Positions 43,121-55,395 of a stretch of DNA of 64,000 nt are shown here, in pieces. The translations under genes were made by a program, and so were the position numbers. The DNA comes from Octopus vulgaris (Eukaryota): contig OX597828.1 in NCBI GenBank assembly GCA_951406725.2, positions 8,990,001 to 9,054,000 of the forward strand, written 5' to 3'. The notes beneath the pieces are model-generated. The model saw nothing but the letters and a program-made list of their open reading frames with translations. It was not told the origin of the DNA and did not search any database. How positions within the stretch are numbered: position 1 is the stretch's first letter; each line of letters opens with the position of its first letter.

Positions 43121-43659
43121 CTCCTACATGGACAAAGTCCGATATAATACCATGGGCCTTTCACTAAATAGCATTTAACATTGAATCAGATGAAGCAAAG
43201 TTCTGTGAGTGAAATTTAAGAGAAGAATGCTACGTGGGAATCTGTCATTCTTATTCTATAGTGCTGCACTTAATATACATAGTGCCTCGTTGGAGGTATT
43301 ACCTATACTGTTGCTTTAGATACTCTCAAGAACTTTCCAATAAATAGCTGTTTTATCTTTCTCTTTAGCTGAGAACATTATAAACGCCAATTTCCAGTCA
43401 CACTTTATTTGGATACATAGAGACTGGGAGTATGATGCCTCGATTGAAACGAGTGTTCTTCGCGGAACTCACAATATTTTAATGAATTACGTAACGACAT
43501 TATAAATGTCTAAATTTTGAAGCAACAATCTTACTATAGGATATGTAATTAGATTTTGTCTTACAGGATTCCTAACGTGAGCACACATTACTCTCAGAGA
43601 TAACTCTCTATTTTGGGCTAGTTTGAAACGAGGTACATCGCAAATATTGTGAAGGATTA

Positions 43660-43811
43660 CATACATAGCTTGTTTACCAACCACATGGTTCCGGTTTCAG
43701 TCCCACTGCGTGGCACCTTGGGCAAGTGTCTTCTTCTATAGCCTCGGGTCGACCAAAGCCTTGTGAGTGGATTTGGTAGACGGAAACTGAAAGAAGCCTG
43801 TCGTATATATG

Positions 43812-43877
<66 letters not shown>

Positions 43878-44085
43878 CTTGTGTGTCTGTGTTTGTCCCT
43901 CCAACATCGCTTGACAACCGATGCTGGTGTGTTTACGTCGCCGTAACTTAGCGGTTCGGCAAAAGAAACCGATAGAATAAGTACTAGGCTTACAAAAAAT
44001 AAGTCCTGGGGTCGATTTGTTCGACTAAAGGCGGTGCTCCAGCATGGTCACAGTCAAACGACTGAAACAAATAAAAGAGAGTAAA
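43660..44085 (+). mobile_element. tRNA-derived SINE with internal (TA)/(TG) microsatellite
   Basis: GGTTCCGGTTTCAGTCCCACTGCGTGGCACCTTGGGCAAGTGTCTTC..GGATTTGGTAGACGGAAACTG..GGGGTCGAT..GCGGTGCTCCAGCATGG; second copy at 58.6-58.9 kb. Confidence 0.85.
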
Positions 44086-44697
44086 GAGTTTTACAATTGA
44101 AAATAACAATTTGCAACGAGGTACATTAGCAGTTTCTCATAATGCTCATCACGTAAACTGGTTCGCTCAATTAGAACTAAGATTATTCTCGACAGATTTT
44201 CCTTTATCAAAAGTAACTGATCTAAGTCTTCATTTATTCAGAAAATACGACCGATTGGATGCCAGCACATAAGGATACGATATTGTGAATTATGTCAATA
44301 TGCGTAACCAACTGGCCAATAACTAAATCTTAAGTTACATTACATATTCTATGTCTAGTTCCGTTCGTATATAATTATATCTAGAACACAGGCGAAAATC
44401 AGCAGATAGGCAAAGGTGTGCAATGTACAAAAATCGAAACTATACCACCCAAACATCGAGTCTATAGTAGAATTACGTAAGATATATCAAAATCAGATAT
44501 AACTGCATTCATTTCTCTATCATATGCAAGCACCAAAGTCATTCAGAAATCGTCACATGAGTACTTGCAAATCTACATGCGTACATATTTATATACCAGC
44601 ATACACATACACATGAATGTATATATACCAACATACACATACGCTTGCATACACGTATACCAATATGTCTACCTATATTTACTTATATGTTACATGC

Positions 44698-44753
<56 letters not shown>

Positions 44754-44897
44754 ACCGTTATGATATACATGCATATATACAAATATTAGGTCGTAAATAA
44801 ATAACGTATCTAGGTATGATATATATATATATGAGTGTGTGTGTGTGTGTGTGTGTGAGTGTATATACATATATATATATTTACATACATATATATA

Positions 44898-44963
<66 letters not shown>

Positions 44964-45440
44964 GTTTATATATAATCATGTGTATATGTATGTATGTATA
45001 TAAACAAAGTTCCACTCTGAAACCCATGAAGGAAATTCTAACATAATTAATTGGCATGTTTGATCGTTTGAGCAATTTTAGCTTAACTTTCCATTACTTG
45101 GCTATATCTCCGTCCACATCAATACAAGGACAGGCAGCGTAAATTTCTAAATAAACAACAAGCATTCTAAAGTACATCCACACCAGATATCGAATTACAA
45201 AACTATGAATGCATATATATATATGTACACATAATTAGAACTCATAGGAACAATGAAAATACTATATACAATTAGGGAAGTATGAAAAAAAACATACAAG
45301 AACATGGCTTTAAAACAATGAGGTAGCTTAGAATGTTATTGAGTTTGTTTTATGGATATATAATAGCATTTGTGTTGTTTTTTTCTTCTGTCACCAGGTA
45401 TTTTCACACAATATGCATCATGGTACTGACACATGGGGTA

Positions 45441-45503
<63 letters not shown>

Positions 45504-45549
45504 AATATATATATATATATACATATGTACGTATCTATACATATATTTA

Positions 45550-45586
<37 letters not shown>

Positions 45587-46426
45587 GTATATATGTATGT
45601 ATATATATTCATATATACTTAAAGATATGCATATGTGCACACAATCTATATATGAATAAATGTAAACATACCTATATACATATGTATATGTATATGCATA
45701 TACATACACACATGTACATACATATATAGATAGGTGTGTATACACATACATACATACGTATAATGGTCTTTAATATAACTGATGTTAATATCCATGAACT
45801 GTTTTATTAAATGCACACCTATGATTCCCGGCTGTTTGCTTTGATGTTTTACACCAGAGCTACTCAGCATATTAAAAAAATGTAATATTAAACACAGGAT
45901 GTAACGATCTAAAAGCCAATATATTGGTAACTATTTTAGAATTCAATTGGTCTTTTCCCGACTGGTATTTTTTTTCAATAGTATATTGCATGTCGATTGT
46001 CAAATGATTATTTATATGAAAGGAGTGTCTGGGAAAAGAGAAAGGTTTCAATAATTAACATGACTTTTTCATATTGATATCTGCATATCACAAAGAATGG
46101 CCTTTGAGTATATTCAGTAAATTGGTAGGTCCCAATAAATAAATAAATATATACATAAACATAAAAATGAAAAGAAACATGGAAAAATAAGCAGCCCTAA
46201 AGAATATAATATACAAAGGAATAGTAGAAAGACACAGCATATGTTTTCGAGCTATGAATACTATTATGTACATTATACATGAATGTGAAATATGTATCAG
46301 ATACATACGGTGTACAGGCGTACAGACGGTAAAGAATGTACAGACACACACATACATACACACACAGAAACATGCACACATGTATCTACATCTCTCTCTC
46401 TCTCTCTCTCTGTATATATATATATA

Positions 46427-46468
<42 letters not shown>

Positions 46469-46593
46469 TATAATCATATCACCTCAGTTGTATTACCGGG
46501 CAGGCATGCACCTCAGGACAAGTACACCTACAAATACACATGCATCTAAATTCATACTAGCACATGCATACATCATACATATGCAAGTATATA

Positions 46594-46631
<38 letters not shown>

Positions 46632-46802
46632 AAAATATATATATAATGTATATATAAGGTATATATTATATATATATATGTATATACGTATATATGTGTA
46701 TGTATGAATATGTATAGATATATATCTATGTATATATATATATATATATTATGTATATGTATTTATATAGTTATATCTAGCCATATATATATATATACAT
46801 AC

Positions 46803-46871
<69 letters not shown>

Positions 46872-47570
46872 TGTAAGTCAATCTTATTCACGTAATTTTT
46901 AGTCATGTGCTAACATATATTGGATATTAGAGTAAATGTCTGTTTTTTTTTTTTGAACTCCAGTACAGATCTATAAGAATTGTGTAAAACATCGTGAAAG
47001 CGCACATAACATGTTAGTAATACAATGATTGTTTTCAGTAAATTGTAATGTTATGCATATTTTTAACGCCATCGGTTGTTACCCTCAATTTTAACAGGAA
47101 ACCTCAATAGTTTTGTATAGATTGATATGAAATGATATGAAAATTTACTTAGTGACGAAAGAAAGTAATGTTCAAAGTCTTTAAATGTATTTTATGTATA
47201 AGAAGATTAGAGACTGGTTCAGAAAATACATGCATGCATTGGCTCACACTCGTACACACAAATGCACTCACACGGTTTTATATACATATTGTATGTATAT
47301 ATATTTGTGAGTGTGAATGGATGGGTGTGTGACTGAGTGTGTAAATTCATATGTTTAAGTACACGCACGTATTGCACAGAAAGAAAGATAACAGGAAAAC
47401 GTAGTCATAGTTTATCGACCTGTTAGAAATATGCGATATACTTTCCTAAACAGGCATGCAATCCGCCAAAAAACAGAAAAGATAAACACATGTGTATTTC
47501 TATACATACAATACATACACACACGAACATGCGTGTGTATCTATGTTTATTTATATCATCTATCTATCTA

Positions 47571-47651
<81 letters not shown>

Positions 47652-47755
47652 GTGTCAGTTTTTCTGTTTGTCTGACTGCGTGTCGATCTCTGACTCTGTA
47701 TGTATATATACATGTGTGTGTATGTGTGTGTTTGTATGTGTGTATATGTATATAC

Positions 47756-47788
<33 letters not shown>

Positions 47789-47941
47789 CATATACATAGA
47801 GAGAGAGAGAGATATAAATAGATAGATATGTATACATGTACATACATATATATACATGCACACACACACACACACACATATATATACATACACGCATATA
47901 TATATATGTATGTATATATGTATGCATGTATGTAGGTATGC

Positions 47942-47982
<41 letters not shown>

Positions 47983-48412
47983 AACGGAAGACTATGTAGC
48001 AGGTTTAAGATGTAAGTAGTTGCCACTGGAAAACCATTGTCAATGCTCAGGTCTATAGTGATCTCTCTGTGAGAGAAAGAAAAACCGAAGGAACGTGTCC
48101 TTCACAGAGACTAGGGATTCTACCACAAAATTTCTGTGCACATTTCAGTGGAGAGTAGAGAGTTGCCCTTTTTGCTTAGCAATGATAGTGAAATACAGTC
48201 AGAGTAGATGCGAGATTCAAAGTTGTTATTGGTATCGATGTGTTTGCCGAATCCTAGAAATAATTCCTTCAGCATGGTGACAATTGAAAGCTCCGAAAAC
48301 GTAAAGAAGTAAATCTGTAATATATGCTTTTCTGAAATATTCATATAATGCCACCAGCAATCAATATCAGCCATCTCCTAAGTTGCCAAATACCATTTCG
48401 CTTTACGTTATC

Positions 48413-48570
48413 AGGTGTGGTGCAGTGGTCCGGGCATTGCATTTATGATCGGAAGATGGCATTTTCTCTTTCTTTTTGCGGTTACATTGTGTTTGGGAAA
48501 AAACGTAGCATTTGAATTTACTCCTGTCTCTAAAGCTGAAATGGGTAAACCTGCGGCCTTATGGCGTCTC
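48413..48570 (+). mobile_element. Highly decayed SINE, similar to the 42.8-kb type
   Basis: GGTGTGGTGCAGTGGT A-box-like start; ACTCCTGTCTCTAAAGCTGAAATGGGTAA core-like segment. Confidence 0.4.
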
Positions 48571-49097
48571 GTTTAGGGGACATTTTGATTTCTTTCATTA
48601 AAAGACATAGAAAACGAGAAACGGAATAATGAGGTACTGGAGTCGAGTAATTAATGGGAAATGATAAAACCACAGCAATAAAATACAAATAATTCGAATT
48701 TTTCATGATTTCATTCCAGATAAGTTTCATTCCTTCCACTACCACCAGGAGTGTCACACCAGACAAGAAGGCCTGAACTACAAGATAATGACGAATCAAT
48801 TTCCTACATGGTTTTGTGTGCATAAATACACACACACACACACATATGCACACACGCTCACACACACACAGATAGATAGATATACCTATATATATATAGG
48901 TATATAGGTGTGTTTGTTTGTTGGCGTTTAGTCTTCATTTGTCAAGTTAAATTAATTAAATTATGGTAAAATATTACTCAACAAATTTATTCCAGAGTAA
49001 TCATTTACAAGAAATATTGAGGATCTACCTTAACACGATTCTTGACAGAAGTCCAAAGATGCGAAGACACTTTCAGCACTCATTTTTAAATACATAA

Positions 49098-49173
<76 letters not shown>

Positions 49174-49185
49174 AACCTATCTATC

Positions 49186-49236
<51 letters not shown>
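49098..49236. repeat. (TATC)n + (TA)n microsatellite
   Basis: Direct reading. Confidence 0.95.
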
Positions 49237-49239
<3 letters not shown>

Positions 49240-49411
49240 TTATGAATTATGAATTATGAATTTTCTGGTTGATTCCGTAATGGAATCGGCGGCTTATATT
49301 TATTTGCTGCCGATAAATTTGGCGCGAGTGCGATGATTTGAAAATTTTAGGTCAGATATTGCCGAGGCAGGGACAGAAATGCCTAGTGAAAATATCTGTT
49401 CCGTTCTGGCT

Positions 49412-49518
49412 ATTTTTTACTGAGGAATCTAAGGGCCTATGGAAGATTGGCTTGATTTAATTTAATCAGGTTAGTTTACCATTAAACAGTAGATGAAACG
49501 GTGCATCGTATAAGAAAT
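49412..49518 (+). ncRNA. Type I hammerhead ribozyme, unit 1
   Basis: ATTTTTTA/TAAGAAAT (one G.U); CTGAGGA 49420-49426; ATCTA..TAGAT; GAAA 49495-49498; ACGGT-GC-ATCGT; GTA| at 49510. Confidence 0.85.
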
Positions 49519-49900
49519 TACAGGGTAAATGTTTTTTTAATTTTCTCCTGGTTTACGGAATTAATGTTATTTTTGCGGTTGAAGCTTTGGCTGTTATTTC
49601 TAGTGGGTGAATGGCCTATTATGGCCGTTCCTTGATTGTGATGTTGAACTTATAAATGGTCTAAGACTATTTAATTTTTTCCCACTAGGCCGCTGGTGGC
49701 AAAAAATTCTACCAAATTTTTTTGCCACCCTATATTGATTAATTATGAATTTTCTGGTTGATTCCGTAATGGAATCGGCGGCTTATATTTATTTGCTGCC
49801 GATAAATTTGGCGCGAGTGCGATGATTTGAAAATTTTAGGTCAGATATTGCCGAGGCAGGGACAGAAATGCCTCGTGAAAATATCTGTTCCGTTCTGGCT

Positions 49901-50007
49901 ATTTCTTACTGAGGAATCTAAGGGCCTATGGAAGATTGGCTTGATTTAATTTAATCCGGTTAGTTTACCATTAAACAGTAGATGAAACGGTGCATCGTAT
50001 AAGAAAT
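49901..50007 (+). ncRNA. Type I hammerhead ribozyme, unit 2
   Basis: Perfect 8-bp stem I ATTTCTTA/TAAGAAAT; CTGAGGA 49909-49915; GAAA 49984-49987; GTA| at 49999. Confidence 0.87.
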
Positions 50008-50391
50008 TACAGGGTAAATGTTTTTTTAATTTTCTCCTGGTTTACGGAATTAATGTTATTTTTGCGGTTGAAGCTTTGGCTGTTATTTCTAGTGGGTGAA
50101 TGGCCTATTATGGCCGTTCCTTGATTGTGATGTTGAACTTATAAATGGTCTAAGACTATTTAATTTTTTCCCACTAGGCCGCTGGTGGCAAAAAAATTCT
50201 ACAAAATTTTTTTTGCCACCCTATATTGATTAATTATGAATTTTCTGGTTGATTCCGTAATGGAATCGGCGGCTTATATTTATTTGCTGCCGATAAATTT
50301 GGCGCGAGTGCGATGATTTGAAAATTTTAGGTCAGATATTGCCGAGGCAGGGACAGAAATGCCTCGTGAAAATATCTGTTCCGTTCTGGCT

Positions 50392-50498
50392 ATTTCTTAC
50401 TGAGGAATCTAAGGGCCTATGGAAGATTGGCTTGATTTAATTTAATCAGGTTAGTTTACCATTAAACAGTAGATGAAACGGTGCATCGTATAAGAAAT
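50392..50498 (+). ncRNA. Type I hammerhead ribozyme, unit 3
   Basis: As unit 2; CTGAGGA 50400-50406; GTA| at 50490. Confidence 0.87.
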
Positions 50499-50720
50499 TA
50501 CAGGGTAAATGTTTTTTTAATTTTCTCCTGGTTTACGGAATTAATGTTATTTTTGCGGTTGAAGCTTTGGCTGTTATTTCTAGTGGGTGAATGGCCTATT
50601 ATGGCCGTTCCTTGATTGTGATGTTGAACTTATAAATGGTCTAAGACTATTTAATTTTTTCCCACTAGGCCGCTGGTGGCAAAAAAATTCTACAAAATTT
50701 TTTTTGCCACCCTATATTGA

Positions 50721-50800
<80 letters not shown>

Positions 50801-50973
50801 AACTATCTAGATATCTATCTAGATATATGTCTATCTATCTTTTTCTCTCTCTGTCTTTTTATATATATACCTATAATACACACACACACTTGCATTTATA
50901 CGCACACACGCACACACATATATAAATGTGTGTACATTACACATATGTGTGTGTGTGTTTGTGTGTATATATG

Positions 50974-51033
<60 letters not shown>

Positions 51034-52014
51034 CAAAGACCGAGTACCATTCACAGATGGGTAACTAAAAATACTTGTATTCCATCATTCCGATAAATTT
51101 ATGACTCATTTTGTTCGAACAAATAACCCCCAGGGTGGAATTCACAGTCTACATTTTTTCTTTCCCTTTTTTGCTTGCCCCTATACATTCGTTTCGGCGT
51201 CATCGAAAAAAAAACGCTCTCTCTACAGATTCCCTAATACAAGAATGCGTTGTTGACTTCGAATTACCTGATTGTCTGCTCTCCTAAATCTTGTTACGAC
51301 CTATATCTAGTAAACTTTTGCCTTTACTACAGTCTTGAACCAATGTAGTAACACATTCAGTGATGTAATGCTTTAAACTCAATATCACTTCAAAATCATA
51401 AAGAAAGAAGCTGAAAAGTAAATATATTTTTATCTAGACAATCGAATAATCAAATTACTCGCATACAGGAAATTATGTGGTTTATTTGAATTTTGAAACG
51501 GATACAATTAATTAAATGCCATATGACATATTAGATACACAGTTTCCATAAGTCTCGATCAATGTTTTATGAATTACAATGATGCTCCACTTTATTCAGA
51601 TTTGTTTAAATTGTAATTGATAGTCTTACGTCTTCAAAAAATTGTACTATATTGTATAGATTATATAATATAGGATTTCTTTATGAACACGTACAGAATT
51701 CATAACATAAAAGCGCTGAACTTACAATTTTCGCCTATTTCTCACTGATTCATTGCATTAATAAGTGTAATAAAGTAAGGAATACTGCAGATATAATGGT
51801 GTCGGCAATTTTATTGGTCGTTTCATTTTAATATGAGACTTTGGTGCAGTTTGATTTTATGAATGTCTCGGATGATATAATTTGGTAGGTTTTGATGTAT
51901 ACTTTAATGATTACGGAATATTTATCATAATTATGAAATTCTTTGATACAATTAGATTTAAATCTCCCTATGGCGAAATTAACTACATTACTTAATTAAT
52001 GAAAATAATAATGG

Positions 52015-52412
52015 TTAATATTTTGGCACAATTCCACTAAATTCGGAGGAGGGGTTAAGTCGAATACATCGAACCCACTGTTTGACTGGTATTTATTTTA
52101 TCGGTCGATAATTGATAAGAGACAAAGTCATTCTCGGCAAAGTTTGAACTCAGAACGTAAAAACGGACGAAATGACGCAAAGTATTAGCCCGGTGCTCTA
52201 ACGAATGTGCCTTAAAAGTCCTTTCTACTTAAGGCTCAAGGCCTGAAAGTTTGGCCGCTCATATCGACTCCAGCGCAAAACTGATACTGATTTCATCGAC
52301 CCCGAATGGATGATAGGAAGAGACGATATTTGGAATTTCAAATCAGAATGTGAAGTCGGACAAAATCCTGCAATGCATTTTGCACGGCGTGCTAACGATT
52401 CTGCCAGTTGGC
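52015..52412 (-). mobile_element. Two adjacent head-to-tail Meta/MESC-type SINE copies
   Basis: 52015-52210 and 52220-52412 each read on - as GCA(G/C)A.TCGTTAG.AC(G)CCG..TTCTGA.TT.AAA..GATAAAATAAATACCAG-like. Confidence 0.72.
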
Positions 52413-53192
52413 TGTTATTTACAATTAATCGTGTGAATTTCAGCTTGGAAGTGTAATAAAGTGGAAAGTGCAAAATTTTATCATCATCGTCATCATCCTA
52501 CGAGCTGATTAAATATTACTTTTGTTACGAAACTAGAAAACACATTCATAGATTTATATTTAAAATAATTGTTTGAAATAAATAGAATAGAATCCTTCAT
52601 GTTACTAGGAAAAAAGCATTTTAATTTGGATTCCTAATACAGAGAAAATCAGCAATTAATAATAAACATTAATGCAGACTTGTGAGGTATGTAGAAATAT
52701 ATATACCATAAGTTTAAGTACCTTGTTTACAAAGATAAATCATTAATTAAATTTTAATTGCAGTATTCATTTTCTGTACATGAATATAATGCATTGTTTT
52801 GAAATTTGAATGTAAACATAACCGAAAATTATTACAGACATCTAAAGAAAATATGTGTGTTTAATAAACAGAAGGAAAATATAAGTATCTAAACAAGTGC
52901 TAATTGTAATTATTAACATCATGCTGAGGGGAATAATGTGTTTGCATAGGGAAATTCTTCCATTTTATTTACAAATGAAGTTGTAACTATCCATCGATGG
53001 TGCATAATGATAGTGATAAATATCTAGTAATGATAGAGTTTTAAGACGTTCATAAATGATGTCAAATTATTATATATTAACATTGTGAAAGTTAAATAAT
53101 TAATTAAATTAACATTATCGTAAACATTGTTCTAATTAATGCATGTTTCCCTCCACGTGACATGCATCTACAACCATTTAGCACTACACAAG

Positions 53193-53241
<49 letters not shown>

Positions 53242-53372
53242 AGCACACACACATATAGATATTTACATATGTATATGTAGGCATATTTAAATGTTAGTAT
53301 ATGCGTTTCTTACTGTCTCTGTATAATATATATATACACACATATATACACGCATACACACATACACACAAG

Positions 53373-53421
<49 letters not shown>

Positions 53422-54660
53422 GCGTATGTATGTATGTATGAATATTTGTATGTATGTATGTGTGTACCTAATGTATGTGTATGCGTGTGTGTATAGTAAG
53501 TGAGAGCAGAACGAGTGGAAGGGAAAGAAAGAATGTCTGTGTTTGCACATATATATTTGTGTGTTCATAAATAATACAATTATTATTTCTTTGTTAAATT
53601 TGGAGTTTACAAGATGACTCTTCCTTATGAGAGCCAATAACGAAACTATTCGACAGCAACTGAATAATATATGAAGGCCTACTTAGTATTTTAAGCAAGT
53701 GTAATTTTTTTTCCTTCCAGACAAATGTTTCCGTTTTAGATATAACGGCGGATGAATTTCAACAAATATATTTACTTTTAACGAGCTACAAAGATGTACG
53801 TCCGGCTGAATGTCGGTTTTTTTTAATAAATATACGAAGCTCAAGAAACAATGCAAATTGTCGAAGCATTGAATCTTAACAAAGATCTTTTCTTTCGAAT
53901 ATTTATCCTTTATTTACGTACTATATTCGACATAACACCTTTTGGAACAAAACTTTTTTTTATATATCTAGTCACACTGCCTCTGGCTCCCACTGAATTT
54001 TACAAATAATATGATAATAGCTTAAGCCGAATAAGAAGATCATTGGACGAATGTTATTTATTTTTTATGTATTTATGTTCATTGTTTATTTGTTAGTTAT
54101 TTATTTGCATTATTTTCATGTCATCGGTAAAAAAAATTACGAGAACGACTTTTCAAATTCCGGGCCAATAACATTTGTCCTTGTTATACTGGAGTTCTTC
54201 TCAGGGTCACCATCACTTTTTCAAATTTGTAGATGTGCATAACTGAAAATGTATACGTTATACAATCGTGGTTCTCGTAAATTACTGAATATATCACCCA
54301 TGAGCTTTTAATGAAAGGCGTGTCAATAGTATCCGATTTCTTAGACCTTGCACATATTTCTTCTCTTTCGAGACAGTGACATTTTGAGATCCTTTAGAGA
54401 GTAAATTTAGGTTAGATTAACATACGTGAACTATAAAGAGAACACGTGATCTACTAAAAATGGAATCCCTCTAGGGGACTTTCAATAAATCTGCCTTTTA
54501 TATTATACTTTGTTTAAGCTCATACATACCTACGCATATGCACTCAGACATGTGCATGCACAATCACACACACATACAGAAACAAGTGCGCGCGCATACA
54601 TACACACACATACGCACACAAATACACACATATATAGTACTATATTTAAGAGATGAAGAA

Positions 54661-55110
54661 GTATGTACATTATTTACATTATTTATATTTGATATTTACA
54701 ATTCATATTTGTCCTCATCTTGTTTGTTGTTAACACAACGTTTCGTCTGATATACCCTCCAGCCTTCATATCTGCACTCGGTCTGCTTCGGAGGTTGTTT
54801 TAACTTCATCCCATAGGGGGAGGTGGACTCCTTTTTCCATACACGAAGAAAAAAAAAATGAAGACCAGCTTTCCCTGTGTGTGTGTGGGTGGGGGTGGGG
54901 TTAAAATAATAGACAGAGAAAACCACTGGAAAATACGAAAACTAAAGGAAGCAGCACATATGCCAGGACACAACAACCTCCTAAGCAGATCTAGTGCAGG
55001 TAGGAATAGCATATGGGAACCGGTATTAAGGAAGGATAGGAAAATATTAGATTTGTAAGCCCTAAAATTCATTCCATAATCCCAAGATTCCGAGTTCGAT
55101 TCCAGAGACT

Positions 55111-55189
<79 letters not shown>

Positions 55190-55395
55190 TAATAATAATA
55201 ATAATGATGATAATAATAATAACAATAATGATAATAATAATAATAGTAAAATCGAAAAATACCTTAGGAATGAGAACCCAATTTCGAAATTTCCCCAGGA
55301 CTCCTGATGAAGCCTGGAGGGTATATCAGCCGAAACGTTGTTTTAACAACAAACAAGTTCAGGACAAATATCCGTCAAATGTAAATAATGCACAC
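54661..55395 (+). mobile_element. Rearranged Penelope-like element 3' end with inverted pseudo-LTR
   Basis: KIIDRENHWKIRKLKEAAHM..SIWEPVL (PLE GIY-YIG domain C-terminus); 54661-54769 is an inverted copy of ~55306-55395; LPLWDEVK on the - strand. Confidence 0.8.
55299..55345 (+). ncRNA. Minimal PLE-type hammerhead ribozyme
   Basis: CTGATGA (55304-55310)-A-GCCTG gagggtatat CAGCC-GAAA-CGTT|; the inverted copy shows GGCTG and GTGTT, restoring stem II and most of stem I; palindromic AACGTT. Confidence 0.75.

Larger units (their letters stand above)
49252..50727 (+). mobile_element. Tandem array of three ~490-bp hammerhead-bearing units (non-LTR retrozyme) in (TA)n
   Basis: Units start at 49252, 49741 and 50232 (periods 489, 491, 491); only a few differences between units; no ORF; many G.U-containing hairpins on +. 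Confidence 0.9.

Noticed and set aside
49252-50727. CRISPR array or rDNA/snRNA tandem interpretation
   Set aside because: No repeat-spacer alternation and no 5S, tRNA or snRNA similarity; whole units are duplicated
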